Assembly: GCA_000708835.1 (NCBI GenBank)
Contig: DF236990.1
Coordinates: forward strand, 236,173-300,172
Origin: Klebsormidium nitens
Lineage: Eukaryota; Plantae; Klebsormidiophyceae
Reading direction: 5' to 3'
DNA: 64,000 bases
Within the stretch, counting starts at the first letter, position 1. The number at the start of each line of letters is the position of its first letter. The position numbers and the translations under genes are program-made. The notes beneath the pieces were generated by a model. The model was not told the DNA's origin. It made no database searches and was given only the letters and a program-made list of their open reading frames with translations. Below, piece by piece: positions 1 through 13,600 of the stretch.

Positions 1-172
1 CCAGCTTACAACCCGTTCATCGTATTGAGCCTTTATAGCAAAGCACATGCTGACTGTTCATGTTACGAACTCCACCAGAGGATGCTGCATGAGAAACAAA
101 AAACATCCTCGACCTGGAATAAGGCAACGTAGCCTTTTCACTCCATTATCAGAACGCCCTTGAAAAGCCTAC

Positions 173-2291
173 CTCCGGATCGTAGAATTTTATGCCCTGG
201 TAGTACTTGGCCCGTTCCGTTGTGTCACCTTCCTTTGGGCCGACGATGACTGCAGACGCGTTGACGACCGCGGAAACGCCCTCAAAGTACTCGGGGAGGA
301 GCGTTCGTGGCTGTGTTAGCTCCGCTGTTACCTGATAGAGGTACCAATCCGTCCCGTCAGCCGGTTTTAAAAGGTGAGAGGAGATTCCCGGAGGACGGAG
401 CAAACGTGACTGTAGCAGCTGATCAATCAGGGAGAAGCTTGCTTCTCGTAATTTTCAGGATGAGTGAGGCTACTAAGCAGACTCGAATACTCAGCAACTT
501 GCATGCCAAGATAGAAAATCCGGAAGAGGGATTCTGCTGTCTGACCAGAACAATTCGCTCTGGATGATGCCAGAGACAGTGCTCGAGTCTAGCCTCGAAG
601 TCCAAGAGGGGACTCATAGAAGAAAGCGCAAGAGTGAGTACAACAGCTTACAATTTGCAGTCCCGGACTGGGCGGCCCCAGCAGCTTCTGCGCCTTTCCT
701 TGATCCCGTACCTGCGATGCGACGAGAACAGACAGGAGCTGCACTTTGTCGTCAATGATGTTTGAGGGCAATAAGCACGGTTGCTAAGAAGCGCCATCCC
801 TCAAGAATCAGACTCTTTGAAAGACCCAGTATAGTAGCCTTCTGTCCGACAAGAACCCCGTGATGGAGACGTAAGGAGACGGCTTGAATTCCACCAATGT
901 CGTCTCAATCAATTGAAGGTAAACACTTCCTAACTCTCGTCTCAATCAGAAAGGCGCATCAATTTCCACACTGACAATTGTCCAAAAGCGACATGTTTGT
1001 CCAATACAACTATGAAGCTTTACAACGACATCAATTGTCACGTATCCTCAGTAATGAGAGGCAGAGGGCCATAGCCAATGGTATCCCCATTGTGCCCCTG
1101 ACCAATCCTCACCGCTTGGCTAACAGTCAGGACTCAACTTCCCACAACAACTTGGGATGTCTTACCAAGGCCACAACTGGCACTCCGTTCTTCCTTAGCT
1201 CATCCACGATCCGTTTGCCCACCCCCCCAGTCGCCCCCACCACCAAGACCTTTCCCCTGCCCCCTCTAGAGCCGGCAGATTGTTGCTGGCTGGAACTGAA
1301 AACGGACCCCAGCGCTTCCATGAGCTTGGACGGGTTTGTGACTGTTGAGACCACCTGAACGCACAAGGGCGAAACCAATTGCATCTAACTCAGACAGCAA
1401 GGAAGTTAGCCAGGTTGTTCAAGCGGTTCTTACACTTAAGGATCCAAATTTTGTTATGGGATTGAAGTCGCAACTCCTGGTCTTGAAGTTGACCGGATCG
1501 CCATCGTAAAATGACGCAAGGTCTGAAATACTGCCAAACCGCCCAACATTGAGTGGAAGGAAAAAATCGCCTTAGCAAAAATCACATGAGGCACGGCATT
1601 GACCTGCTGATGCAGTCCGCCAACGAATACCTTATTCAGGAAACAGCATGCAGACGATGACATAAGAAGTGCACAGTTAAGCACCATGCAGAAAGAAACA
1701 GGCGCAACAATATGATTGAAGGGAATTACGTAGGGCCCCAGATATTCAGAGTATGCTCAACATAGATTAGTTTGAACACTGTGTTGGCCACCGTTCAATG
1801 CTGCCCTTCACCGGTACGTGCTACCACCCATGCAGGGTGGTGGCAACTTGAAACGCATCTTTGAACCACTGGAGCCGCTTGGCTGAAGTATGTTTAGAAA
1901 CTCAACACATCCAAGAAAACGTCGTGCCATGCACCACTTTCATGGCACTCACCTCCTCTAATTTCGGCGGTTCGTTGAAGTATAGGACGGTCTTGAGAAA
2001 CCGTGAGAAGTCCCAAGGCTCCCGGCTGCCCCCGTTGCTGCCAGCCGCTCTTACTGAAACTCTTCGCAGCTGAACTGTCGGGCCAGGCTGCAAGCTTTTC
2101 TTGTCAACTGGACGGGAATCCCAGCTTCTTCCAAGGAAAAAAGAGGGCCGCAAAGTCGATCCGCTTCCCGCACATGTGGGGGAAAGGGCCTGACTTCGCA
2201 ATTGAGAGTGTGTTGGGCGAGGTGCTTTCAATGCTGATAAGGAGATGGTGTGAGAAGAAAGCTTGGAGATGCACGCAGCATTGGCAGCCAT
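173..2291 (-). CDS. Plastid-targeted NAD(P)-binding Rossmann-fold protein, At4g18810-like (NmrA/CIA30-type family); 5' part only, gene continues beyond window start
   Basis: Exons 1953-2291, 1166-1354, 652-711 and 173-331, all GT-AG and phase 0. Transit-peptide-like N-terminus, then PWDFSRFLKTVLYFNEPP, the dinucleotide-binding motif VLVVGATGGVGKRIV and VIVGPKEGDTTERAKYYQGIKFYDPE, which resemble Arabidopsis At4g18810 as recalled. Confidence 0.85.
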
Positions 2292-3239
2292 TGTGAGCTC
2301 CTTTGAGCTGTAGCAAGGGCGATTTCTACGATCTTAAACCACCTTAGATCTGCCACAGAACCGATTTCCTGGACATGTGACATCGTGTCTGTGAGTGTGA
2401 GTCTCGAGTCCTGAGTCCTGACCCTAGACGGTAGACCTGTGGAATTGGAGCCGAGACCAACCAACTAGATCCGGCCTAAACTTAATTCTCTCGGAACTCC
2501 AGTCTGTGTACAACATACGTACTCTGGGGGTCGATAGGTCTAGACACTGCAGCCGTAGATTACGTCCAATTGACGCCTGCCAGCCGTCCACGGCAACTTC
2601 TGTCGCCGACGCTTTTGCAATCACTGGGGCGCGCTGCAGTCCGGAAGACCAGGGGCCTCCACCGGGCATACACTGGTTTCGGAGCTCATAAAAACCGACA
2701 AGCTCTCGTCAGCCGGTTGCATCAATGCAGTCATTTTTCTTTTATAAAACGGGCTGAACCGAGGAGCGGGAGAGGGCGTCCCGGTTGGTTACTCGGTGAA
2801 CGCCCATGAACGCCCGGGAGCTGCTGTCGGTGAGCGGAAGCTGCTAGAGCGGAAGCTGAGTCATCCCCCTCCGCCACGTCAATAGCCGCGTTACATTCCA
2901 GTGCGCCAAGCGCCCCACCCTGCAGGAGCTGTAACCAGAAAACCATCCAACGTAACGCACCTTATCCAACGCTCTGGTTTCTCTGCTCGACGTCTTGTGA
3001 CTTGTATTCCTTGTCTTGTTTCAGATTGTGTTGGAGGCAGAGTGCTGCCAGGGCGCTCTGCTGATCAAGAGAGGGAAGCCTTCAGTGGGTTGACGCGTAT
3101 GCTTAGGTGTATTCTGGCCGCATTCTGTGTATTAGCCGGATTTTGAAACTTTCCCTGTAGTTGACACAACAGAGACCTTTTTCGTGCTCGTTTGAAGTGC
3201 CCCTGTGCGCAACTGTCCCTTTGATTCTGGGGAAGAAAG

Positions 3240-6200
3240 ATGGAAAGTGTGAGAGCTCACAGGAGAGCTGGCATCCTCGCCCAGCATTTCGTGCCAGACG
3301 AGACAACTGGCGCATCTTCTGTTGCAACGGCTCCGTGTTTGAGCTACCAATCGCCTGAGACAAATGAAGGTGAGTGGTTTTGCAGGGATGCTGAAATTGC
3401 TTCAGAGCACGTCAACAGTTTCTTGCTTTCTGTAGACCTTGAATTGTATAACGACTCCGCTCACTTTGAAGGACTTCTCTCTTAGGGTTTATCTATCTTC
3501 GGAATGTTTTCAAGTTGAGAAGGTGTCGTCGCATGTCCTTCCAGCTGGGCCGTAATTCGCAGGGCGCAAGCAGCAGGACTGCTGGTATCAGCACTTAATT
3601 GTTCAGACCCTAAATTGTGCGCTCAGCATTGATGAAGTTGCTGTCAGCAGCAATCTTCCTTTGCCCAAGCCTTACATGCAGGCTCCGGATTCGGAGCGGG
3701 TGTGTTTCTTTTGTTGATTTATCGCTAGCGCCAGAAGCACTGGACAGTGATGGCGCTGCCCTGATTGTTTGCAACCTCTGTTCTGTTGCAGGTGCCCCCT
3801 CCTTCAATGTTGCAGCGATGCGACAGATCATCGATGCTCATGATCTGGACATGCGTGACGTGATGTACTCCATCTTTGCCAACGACAAACCGTTCAGATC
3901 GAAGGATGCTCCGAAGGGGGTGCCCGTGTACACAGCTATGGACTATAATGCAACCAAAGAAGAACAGCGCGAGGTACATGAGATGAACGTTCGTTCTTCC
4001 TTCTAGGTGTCTGCACGCCCCCCGTTGCTTGAGCACTTAACGAACGACGCCTTTGTCTCAATCTCTTAGGAGGGTGCTGCTTACAAGGTAGTGAAGTAGA
4101 TTGACCAGAGCATTAGCCGCGGTTTACCATTCCAGTACGGGCAAGTTGCAGCTTTGATTTTGTAGGTCACTCTGTAGACATTGCGGAAGTGGCATTGTCA
4201 GATCTTGTCTCATGTTGGTTGTGCAACTGATTTTCAAGTTGCATAATATCATGTTGATGTTGGTGCAGATTACATTTGAGAGAATTATGCACCTGAAGAA
4301 CAAGGGCCTGTTCAAGAGCTGGCTGACATCTGATGATCCAAAGGAAGCGTACAAGAAGGCTGCTATGCATGAGGCTATCAGCATCTACGACCACTCCATG
4401 GCCATCAAGCTTGGTGTTCACGTGCATCTCTGGTGAGGATACTCATTCTGCAGTCGGTGACTTCTGGGATTTTAACCGCCTCTAACATGTCCGATTTATA
4501 TCTCCAAGAAGCTGCCTTGCAAACACCTTCGACTTTCATCTGCCACGCATCTTAGAACCACAATTGAACTCAGGGCTTCTAACTGGGGTAGAAGCAAAAA
4601 CTAGTGGTGAGGTCCAAAACGATTCAAGCATATGCTTTGCAGGGGTGGGGCAGTGAAGTATCTTGGAACCAAGCGGCACCACGACAAGTATCTTGCTGGG
4701 ACTGAGGATTACCACTACTCTGGATGCTTCGCTTTGACCGAGCTTGGGCATGGGAGCAATGTAAGCATCGCTGTTTTTGATCTATTCACTCGTTCACAAA
4801 TGCAACTTGAAGTTCTCCCGAATCCCCTGTACCTGTCCTTAATTGGATCTTGACCCTTGCACTTATTCCTATTGTTGATGAGGCTGTTTTGATTCTTTTG
4901 CATTTTTTTTTGCATGTTCTTTCAACAGTATCTCTCTGTTGTTTTCAGGTTCGCGGAATTGAGACGCTCGCCACATATGATGCCAATGCGCAAGAGTTTG
5001 TCATCAACACGCCGTGCGAGTCCGCACAGAAATACTGGATTGGAGGGGCCGCTCAGGCAAGTTTCTGCATCTGTGACGTTTCGGAGAGCAAGTCAGGGAG
5101 TCCGTCTTGGTCAATTATCTTACACCTGGTATCATTCGCAGTTGAAGTCCTGCCTCGCTAGGGGTAGATTCATCTCAATAGTCCCATAACCTGCTTCACT
5201 TGATTTGCTGGAGTTGTCAGGGGAAGCAAGCCATCAACAGGTTTTCACGGATGTGAAAGATCCCACTGCTCCCTTTTGCAGCATGCCAACCACACCTCCG
5301 CGTTTGCTCAGCTTATCATTGGTGGCGAAAACAAGGGAGTTCATGCATTTGTGGTGCCTCTGAGAGACCGCCAGGGAAAGCTGATGCCTGGTATCCGCAT
5401 TCTGGATTGTGGACACAAGATGGGCCTGAATGGAGTCGACAACGGAAGGATCTGGTGAGGACCTCACAAGGAGGACTATTTGTGCCTTATTGTGCTTTTC
5501 AGCTTCTCGTCCTGAGCTTAAACAAACTTCGTAGCGCTGCTTGTCGAAAGATTTGGTGTCGCCCGCTTATGTTCGTTGCACGCTCATTGTAAAGGCCGAG
5601 TTTACATTTTACTGCACAGGGGTGTGCATGCTGTATTGACCCCTTGACGTGATTACAGGTTTGACAACGTTCGCATTCCAAGGGAAAACTTGCTGAATGC
5701 AGTTGCTGATGTAACTCCGGAGGGGAAGTATGTGAGCCCGATCAGTGATCCGGATCAGGTGAGGGCTGCACGATCTCGCCTGCCATTCTTGATCAGCTGA
5801 CAGAGATTGCTCTCACGTGGCTCTTGTTCTGCAATAACACCTTGGAAACTGGCCCAGGGTCGCTCGAGTGTGCCGGGGCTCGATATTCCCGACAAATTCA
5901 ACTCGAAACTTTGTGCTTATCATGATTGCCGGTTGTTCTTGCAAGAGCTTGGTCTCCTTGAATGACTACGTCCTTCGAGGAGGTTTGGTGTTAGTCTCTA
6001 CCTGTCGGCTCCGTTTTTGTGACGCAGAATGTGGGATCAATTGAGTTTGTGGTATCCATGAATCAATCGTTTGTCGGTCATAAGACGAAGTCGTCTGGAA
6101 TTGCCGACTTGCCGAAGCGCTGACTCGTCTTTCCTTTCATCTCATCAAATCTGATTGTTGGCCCTGCAGCGCTTTGCCGCATTCATGGCTCCTCTCACTG

Positions 6201-9115
6201 GTGGCCGCGTCACGCTCGCTATAAGTTCCGTCAACCAGAGCAAGGTACTAATTCTCTCGGTCAACATGTGTGAACGTATCCGACTTCGCGTCCGAATGCT
6301 CATTACAAGGGGCAGTTGCACGGCCAATTCTCATCTTCAATATGTCCTGCTTCTGCTTTCCCTCCGATGCGTTCCGAATTTCAAATTCTGAATTGGATTC
6401 TGGTTTCGACATTCCGTTCCCGTTAAAGCTGGACGTCCAACTGGTTGTCAGAGATTCTGTCCAATACCCGTGCATTCAACAAACATTATAAGGAGGAAGT
6501 GGGTCGCGCGGGCAGCTAACACCTCGGTATGCCGTACAGGTCGGCCTTGCCACCGCTCTCCGCTACGCCCTCTCCCGCCGGTGCTTCTCTCCCGCCGACG
6601 GCCAGCCCGAGCTGCGCATCCTAGACTACCCCAGCCACCAGAGACGGCTGCTGCCTTTGCTGGCCAAGACGTGAGTGCGCTTGACAAGCTTTTGGGCTTT
6701 CCTATCGACCTCCTTTATCTTTGGAGCGGCTGTGGAATGGGATATCTACGCACCTTCGATCACAAATGGCAAAGTTGATGCGAGTTGACAAGTGAAAGCC
6801 ATCAGGGTCGGTTATTTCTTGTGCCGTCTACTTTCGTTCCTGACTGTTGTAAATTTTCTGTTGTCGAGTGCTATCATTTTCTGTCAGCTCATTCAATCTT
6901 CTTCGCAAAGCATTCTGAATGTGATCCCCTCGTTCGTGCAGGTACACGATGCAGTTCGCTGTGAACGAGCTCAAGACGCAGTACATCCACAGGAAGCCCT
7001 CTGATGCAAAGTTCATCCACGTTGTCTCCTCCGGATACAAGGCCCTCATGTCGTGGCACATGAGCCGGACACTGCAGGTGCGAGAGTGCCCTCTTCACCT
7101 CACCATCACTTGACAGTATCGATCTGGTAGCTTAGTGCCTGAGAATGAAGTTGGAACGACTTCGACTTCTATTCTTGAGTGAAATTTCCGGGCTTTGCTC
7201 ACTACTTTCCCTAGCCCTAGTCATGCTGCTGATTGTGATTTAGCTCTTCCGTCCTCCGTTGCCATCCACTCTTTGAGTGTTGTGTGTTCCTCACGACGGT
7301 CTTTCAATCTTTTCAGTTCGGGCCATTCAATCCAGCTGGAACCTAACCGACGACAAGATGTCCGCCCTTGCAGGAGTGCCGAGAGGCTTGCGGTGGGCAA
7401 GGGTACAAGTCCGACAACCGGATTGGCCAGCTCAAGGGCGAGCATGACGTTACGTCCACCTTCGAGGGCGACAACCATGTTCTTCTGCAGCAGGTAATGC
7501 GCAGTAGTCGCCTAGCGGACTATGTTCCCGCACCTCATCCTCTTAAAAGTCTTTGCTTGTTTCACCGCTGCGGTCAGGTTGTGTTGCTTCGAGCGATGAC
7601 TGGGTACGTGTTTGGCGTCAACGGTATATTTTCTTCGCACGCTCATAAACTTTCAACAGAATCGGACTAGACTTTCATGCATACTACTTTGAACGCCTTT
7701 CCAATTGCAGAACCTCCTCGTGGGTTGACCAGCAGCTTTCAAACTGGGTACCTGCTAGGAAAGCGTTATGCCCTCGTGCCAGAGCAGTGGGTGATCATAT
7801 AGCCCTCTCCACGTGTTGCTTGCATCTAGGATTGTCCTGCTCGTAAATTCATTGGAGCTCGCTTTATTTCCTGACAGGTTAGCAAGGCTCTGCTTGGCGA
7901 CCTCTTTGCTTCCAAGAAGAACGGCAAGCCGCTGCGGGGAATGGGGCTGGAGCACATCAACGGCCCGCGCCCTCAGCTTCCGAGCCAACTGACGGCTGAA
8001 ATTGTTCGCAGTGCCGACTTCCAGGTGCGTCTCTCCCGGAAACATGCACTTGTATCGATCTTTTGCGGCTTCCGGTTCCCTGCTGCAGTTTTGCCGTGAA
8101 ACCGCTGCTTTGCAATGAAACTTCTTGCTGATTCTTTCTTTGTCCCACATTCATGTGGCACTTGCTAAGGTATTGACGTAGAGAGGCTAGGATCCGTTTG
8201 AAACTCGGATGTCTGCGAACCCTTGTTTCTTTGCAGACTCGTTTCGCAAGTGTAGGACCTTTTTTGGCTGGATAAGATTCGAATACATGGTAGGCATGGT
8301 AACATACGAGTGCCTCCACTGCAGCTCACCCTGTTCCGCCTGCGCGAGTACGACCTGCTGATGCGCTTTGGCGCTGACATGGGGGCCTCGTTGAAGAAGG
8401 GCGTTCCCATGTTCGAGGCGTTCAACCAGACGTATCAGCTGGCCACTGAGCTGGGCAAGGCCCACGCCGAACGCGCCATCCTCGAGTCGGCGATCCGAAA
8501 CGGACGCGAGCTCGCGTCCGGGTCTCTGCGGCCGGTTGTGGATCTGCTGCGGTCGCTGTCCGCGCTGGCGATCGTCGACGAAGATGCCGTCTTTCTCAGG
8601 TGAGTGTTTGTCGCATGAGGTTTTCATGCGCGACGAGTGGGCAATTCCAGCCTCGATAAGCACGGCTGCTTGTGTTAAAGGAAAGCCTAGGTTTTAGCGG
8701 TTGTATGGTGCATGATTGTGAGGGGCAAATTGGTGCAAGTCATTCTTTGACTGACAAGGAGAAACAGCTTATGGAGAACGTTTGATGCAAGTGTCGCTAC
8801 ACCTATCGGCCATTTGCTTCACTGAGCTGTGGTGTGACGACCTATCATCTTCACAAGCATCGAGCCATCAAATTATTGCATTGCAGATACGGCTACCTGA
8901 CCCCGGAGCAGTCTCAAGTCATCCACAAAGAGGTTGCCGCTCTTTGTGGCGATGTGCGCCCGCATACGCTTGGACTTGTGCAATCGTTTGGAATTCCGCA
9001 GCACCTGCTCGGCCCCATCGCATTTGACTGGATCCAGTACAACGCTTATCAGGGACCTGGTAAAGAGTCGGCAGTTGAGCAAGCACAGGCAGTTTTTGAG
9101 GCCGCTTTGCTGTAA
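3240..9115 (+). CDS. ACX3: Peroxisomal acyl-CoA oxidase, ACX3/medium-chain type, ~695 aa, 14 exons
   Basis: Exons 3240-3369, 3792-3973, 4269-4432, 4643-4760, 4949-5056, 5282-5454, 5659-5758, 6170-6244, 6540-6670, 6942-7077, 7374-7493, 7878-8024, 8325-8599, 8887-9115 sum to 2088 nt in frame. Motifs: PTS2-like [86 protein letters not shown] (catalytic Glu). Confidence 0.96.
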
Positions 9116-9311
9116 TTGTAAAGGTCACGTGCAAGTTTACGCCAATATAGATTCTGCCAAAACTCGACAGAGGTTTTGGAGCTTGCAAGCAGGTATAAAA
9201 GCCACGTGATGTACATTGACTATTTCTATTGTAGCAGGAGCCCAGTTTAGGAACCTTCTTCGGATAAGATAATTTCAAGTAGATACCATATAAAGGATCA
9301 GATATAAGCAA

Positions 9312-9343
9312 TCACACATTCACACATTCACACATTCACACAC
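9312..9343. repeat. Short tandem repeat (TCACACAT)x~4 downstream of ACX3
   Basis: tcacacat tcacacat tcacacat tcacacac read directly. Confidence 0.8.
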
Positions 9344-10072
9344 CTTTGGGCCTGGGGCACCCCTTACAACTTATGGGGTTAGCTCGCGCATCGGCGGGGG
9401 GCCCGGCCATGTTGCATGCACATCTAATTGTGCCACTGATTGAAAGTTCAAGTTCTGGCCAGACTGATCTGGTCTCACGGGATTTACAAGGTTCAATGTT
9501 TCTCTTTCAATCCAAAAGCCCGTCAGCCACATGGGCTATAAAGCATTGAATCCAACAAACGTACAATGTGAAATTTGGCGAGTGATCCTACACCAGAGCC
9601 GCGATGACCGTGGAGGACCGTCGCGCGATGTCCGGCAGCCCCGGGATATATAGATGGTCTCGTTTCGTACTCGCCGTAGCCAAATAGGCCAGATCATTAA
9701 GCCTTATGCATGCATTTGAAGGCTTCTCATGGCACACATATGTGCGAAGATACTGTGTGCGAAGTGACATTGCTCAAAGAGGGCCCATCAGATTTTCAAA
9801 GCGCACTGAGTGTAGTGGCATCTGAGTCCTGAGGGAAAGCCATATCGGACGGACCACATTGCATCTTGAAATTTCGCCTCAGCGACCAGATTGCCCAAAT
9901 TTTCGCCGTATCATGTCGCCGAGCTAGGCGTTCCGGGTCCCCTAATGATGCAAATGCAATGATACATGTACGTCTAACGTGCGGCCTGCATGCCGCAGCC
10001 GCGGCGGGCCGGGCGCGCTAAGTTTTTGGAGTTGCGGCGCGGCACGGGCCGCGCATACACAGAGGTAATAAT

Positions 10073-10258
10073 ATGCCATCGCGTTGGACCGTCCTAGCTG
10101 AGCTCGTGCTCAGCGGCGTGCTCGCCTTGGTTGCAATTGGAGTCTGGACCTGGACCCTGTTCGTCACTGTGAGCTGGCCAATGATTGCTCGTGTGTTCCC
10201 TTGCTGTCTTGCCCAACAATGCCCATTCTGCAGTTGCCAGTTGGCTCTGGACGGCTAG
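10073..10258 (+). CDS. 61-aa hydrophobic ORF: either a uORF or a first exon (10073-10168) encoding a membrane anchor for the kinase
   Basis: True ATG start. LVLSGVLALVAIGVWTWTLFV is a hydrophobic stretch, and a GTGAGC donor-like site lies at 10169. No homology recognised. Confidence 0.3.
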   Translation: MPSRWTVLAELVLSGVLALVAIGVWTWTLFVTVSWPMIARVFPCCLAQQCPFCSCQLALDG

Positions 10259-10602
10259 CCAGCTGCTATCTACCGTAGTTCCTGGCTGTTCATTGTACGT
10301 CAAGTTCAGCCTTCCTTCCTGTTCAGGCTCATCAGCATCCTCAGGAAGAAGTCGATTTGGCGTTCTTTGAGTGAGATGATTCTTTGATAGCTCCAAGCAC
10401 TCCCAAGAGACACCACGGTTTGGAGGGCCGAATACCATCCACTGTGCTCCGGAAGGGGGCCTGCGCTTTAGGGCCCCCGCTGCCCGCATTTTTCACCACT
10501 GTGGTTGATCTGGCTTCTGTCGAACGTCTAGCTGATTAAGTTTCAAGAAGAAGCACCTCATCTCACTGCCTCTGGTCATGTTTTTAAGAGATCAGTGCTG
10601 GG

Positions 10603-13600
10603 ATGGCTCCCCAGTGGTCCTCTGGCTGCCCTGTGGTAGACCGCTTTGTGCGCCGGTCCCAGTCCATTCAATGCCTCTTCGATGCTGAAACCTGCAAGGT
10701 GCGGGTGCCGTCTAGGGGCCTGGTCAGAGCTGTTGGGGCACCAAATGAGGCAGCTCTCTGTGAGGTAAGAATCTGCATTTACAAATTACAGCTCCTTGAA
10801 CCTTCATGTCGGAATATTTGTTGGACCATCTGGGCACATGTTCAAATTGCTTGTAGCTCTAAGTGACGTTAAAGGCCATGGCAGCTCATAGCCTGTGGCT
10901 AGAAGGTGAATGTAGAGTTTTCACTCTAGAACCGAACCGTGTCATTGTCAGTTCACTGAAGTGCAATTACTTGGATGTCACTTTTGTCAATGACCACCTT
11001 CTGATTAGAAGCAGGCTTGGGGTCAAAAGAATGCCTATTCCTGACGGTTTCTTGCATTTGATCGCCGACTTCTAGCGTTCATTGACCTTCTGATCGCAAA
11101 TGTTTTTGGCGCACATCTTGAGTATGCGAACAGACGTATACCTCAATTGGTTGACTCAACAAACTAGGCTTGCATTCTGGTGCAGGTTCCAGTTTCTGAT
11201 TTCCTAAAATCCTTCCCCAAGCACCTGCTTAAGCAGCTAGAGTCAGGCCAGGTCCCGCTCGCTTCCTTCTCGTCTTACCTGAGGAGATGGCCCCAGGTAG
11301 CGCCTTTTGAGCAAAGCAAACACTACTCCATTCCAGATGGGGCGGCAGTGTCTCAGCCTGAACCAATTATCAAACCCTCAGCTGAGCGTAGCTGCAATAG
11401 CGAAGGCACTATTGGCTGTGCCACCCTTCCCCCTCAAAGTCCAGGGGTAGAAACGGCCAAAAGTCCAGTGGTAGGAACATCGGGACACCAGCCGGAGGTT
11501 TCGGAAGCAGTTCATTTGAGCAGCGGGTTGGATGATGTCAGCAGCAGGCTTAGCACCGTCAGCCTTGATGCCAGCACCGCCAGGGGCGATCAAGCACCAA
11601 ACGGCGGAAGCGAGAAGGCTTTTTTGGGGGTAGATTTAGAAAGGGGACTAGAGGGGGCCTCTGGACCGTTGCCAGGGCCCTTGTTAGTTCAAGTGGAGCT
11701 ACAGCTTCTAGACCTAGGCGACGATGAGTTATCAGTCAACGACAGGGCAAGGGTCGGAAACAGAGTTGATTTGGAGAGAGGTTCCACCGACGGGGGCGTG
11801 TGTCCAAGGGATGATGGCTTGGGGGGATTGCGAAACGGTTCGCCGGCGGAGGCAACTAGGCGCGGGTCCGTCGCTCTGGCGACGTTCTGCCTGTTGCCAG
11901 AGCCAGCGGACCTTACGGAGCGCCTTGAAAAGGCAGAGAGGAAGTTTCAGCAGGCGCTCGACTTGGTGCCGGAGGCGATCTATGCGAAAGACTCGGAGGT
12001 GAGGGCGTGTAGGCTTTCGGGGTTTTCCTGTTCTGGGGCCTTGGGGGGTTGACAATCTTAGAGCCAGCGTTCAGCGATTGCTTAACCCCGTCTTGGGAAG
12101 GAATGATTGCGTCGATGCTGTGTAGCTCGTTTCAGCCGTTTTAAGTTGCTTGCATTTCAAAGATGAGTCTGCAGAAGAAAGTATTACAGACTGATACTCT
12201 GTAGGTGAACATCTTCAACGAACGTAGCTCAGTGTGGGAGTCAGAGAGGGGCAGAGTCCAGCTCTGGTTGTGTTATGCAAGTTCCGTGGTTCGAGGCAGT
12301 CTGCACGGTCTGTTATTCGTCTTATGTCACTGGCGAAGGTCGAGACTTGCCCTAGCTCTGCTTCTGTCTAGACAAAACTGAGAATGTCAGAGATTCTTGG
12401 AGCCGCTCCTAATAGAGGATCGCCTCTAGTATTGGTCAGCTGATTCAAGCTCAAGCTTTGAGTGTGTTGGAAGTGCTGTGCTGGTTTGTAGCTCAAGATT
12501 CGAGGACAGCTCTTGGTGTACTTTCCTGGGCTACAGTGCTACTCCTTTGAAACTGGTACTCTCTTTAAAAGAATTTCGCACACCCCAATCTATGGGTACG
12601 GTTCAAGATGCAGCTACAGGGAACGTCTATGTTCATTTTTTCGTCAAAACTAAGGCTTCTGATAAGGCGTCGACCTATTCCGCCCAAACCAAATAACGTC
12701 ACAAGAATCAAGGGGGTCTCATCAGTCCTGGTTACTCTTTGATGCCTTATACTCACAGATTCTTTCTCAGCATAAGTTTCTCCTTCCACAGGGCCGCTCC
12801 CTCTATGTAAATAAGGCCCTCGCCGGCCTTTTTGGCAAGACGGTCCCCGAGATGAATCTCCACTGGAGCTGCCCCGAAAAGGGCAGGCATCTGGCGACCA
12901 ACGCGGAGGCGATTGAAAACAATCGCACACTGCTGTTTCCGGAGCAGGAATTCACCGACAGCGAGGGGCGCAAGCGTTGCTTCCGGGTCATGAAAACGCC
13001 GTTTCGGACTGCGGACACCGACGAGCCGGTGAGTCGGGCGTCCGGAACGTGCCGTTGTGCATCACATATTTGGTAATGTTGTCAAAGTTATGCAAAACCG
13101 CACAGCACCCTGCTAATCTCAGGGGAACGACTCTCCTCGGATTGTGGCTCTTCTATTTCAACTCTGAAACTGAAAGCAGAAGCTGAAAGCAAACACGGCC
13201 TTGAAGGATGTGGCTTCGGCACTGTTCCTCAGAGTGGCCTGGTTTGTCTACAGGTTTCGCGCAATGCACCTAGCGTCCCGCCGCTTTGAGGGAACTTGTG
13301 CTGGCGCAAAGCCTCCGAGTTCTGCGCCTGCAACCGCCTTTCAAGCTCGTATTCTACTATTTACCCTGAGGAGATCCTTGGTACCACTGCACGTTGAGAG
13401 TAATCGATATCCCCATGCAGCTTTTCGTCCTTCTGCTGACGTCACTCTGTCTTTCCAGGCTGTGGTCGGCTTACCGCTCAACAACACCGAGCTCTGCGCC
13501 TCCAACGGCCTCCCAAGCTCGCATTCTGCTTTTCGAAAGCCTACTCGTATTTTACAATGCCTGAGGAGATCCTTGGTGTCACTGCACGTCAGGAGTGAAT

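Noticed and set aside
1819-1845. Small hairpin tgctaccaccc-atgca-gggtggtggca in intron 1 of the first gene
   Set aside because: Isolated 11-bp stem with no Helitron or MITE context visible.
9050-9115. ACX3 C-terminal ...AALL as a second (PTS1) targeting signal
   Set aside because: It does not fit the canonical [SAC][KRH][LM] pattern, and the N-terminal PTS2-like motif already explains import.
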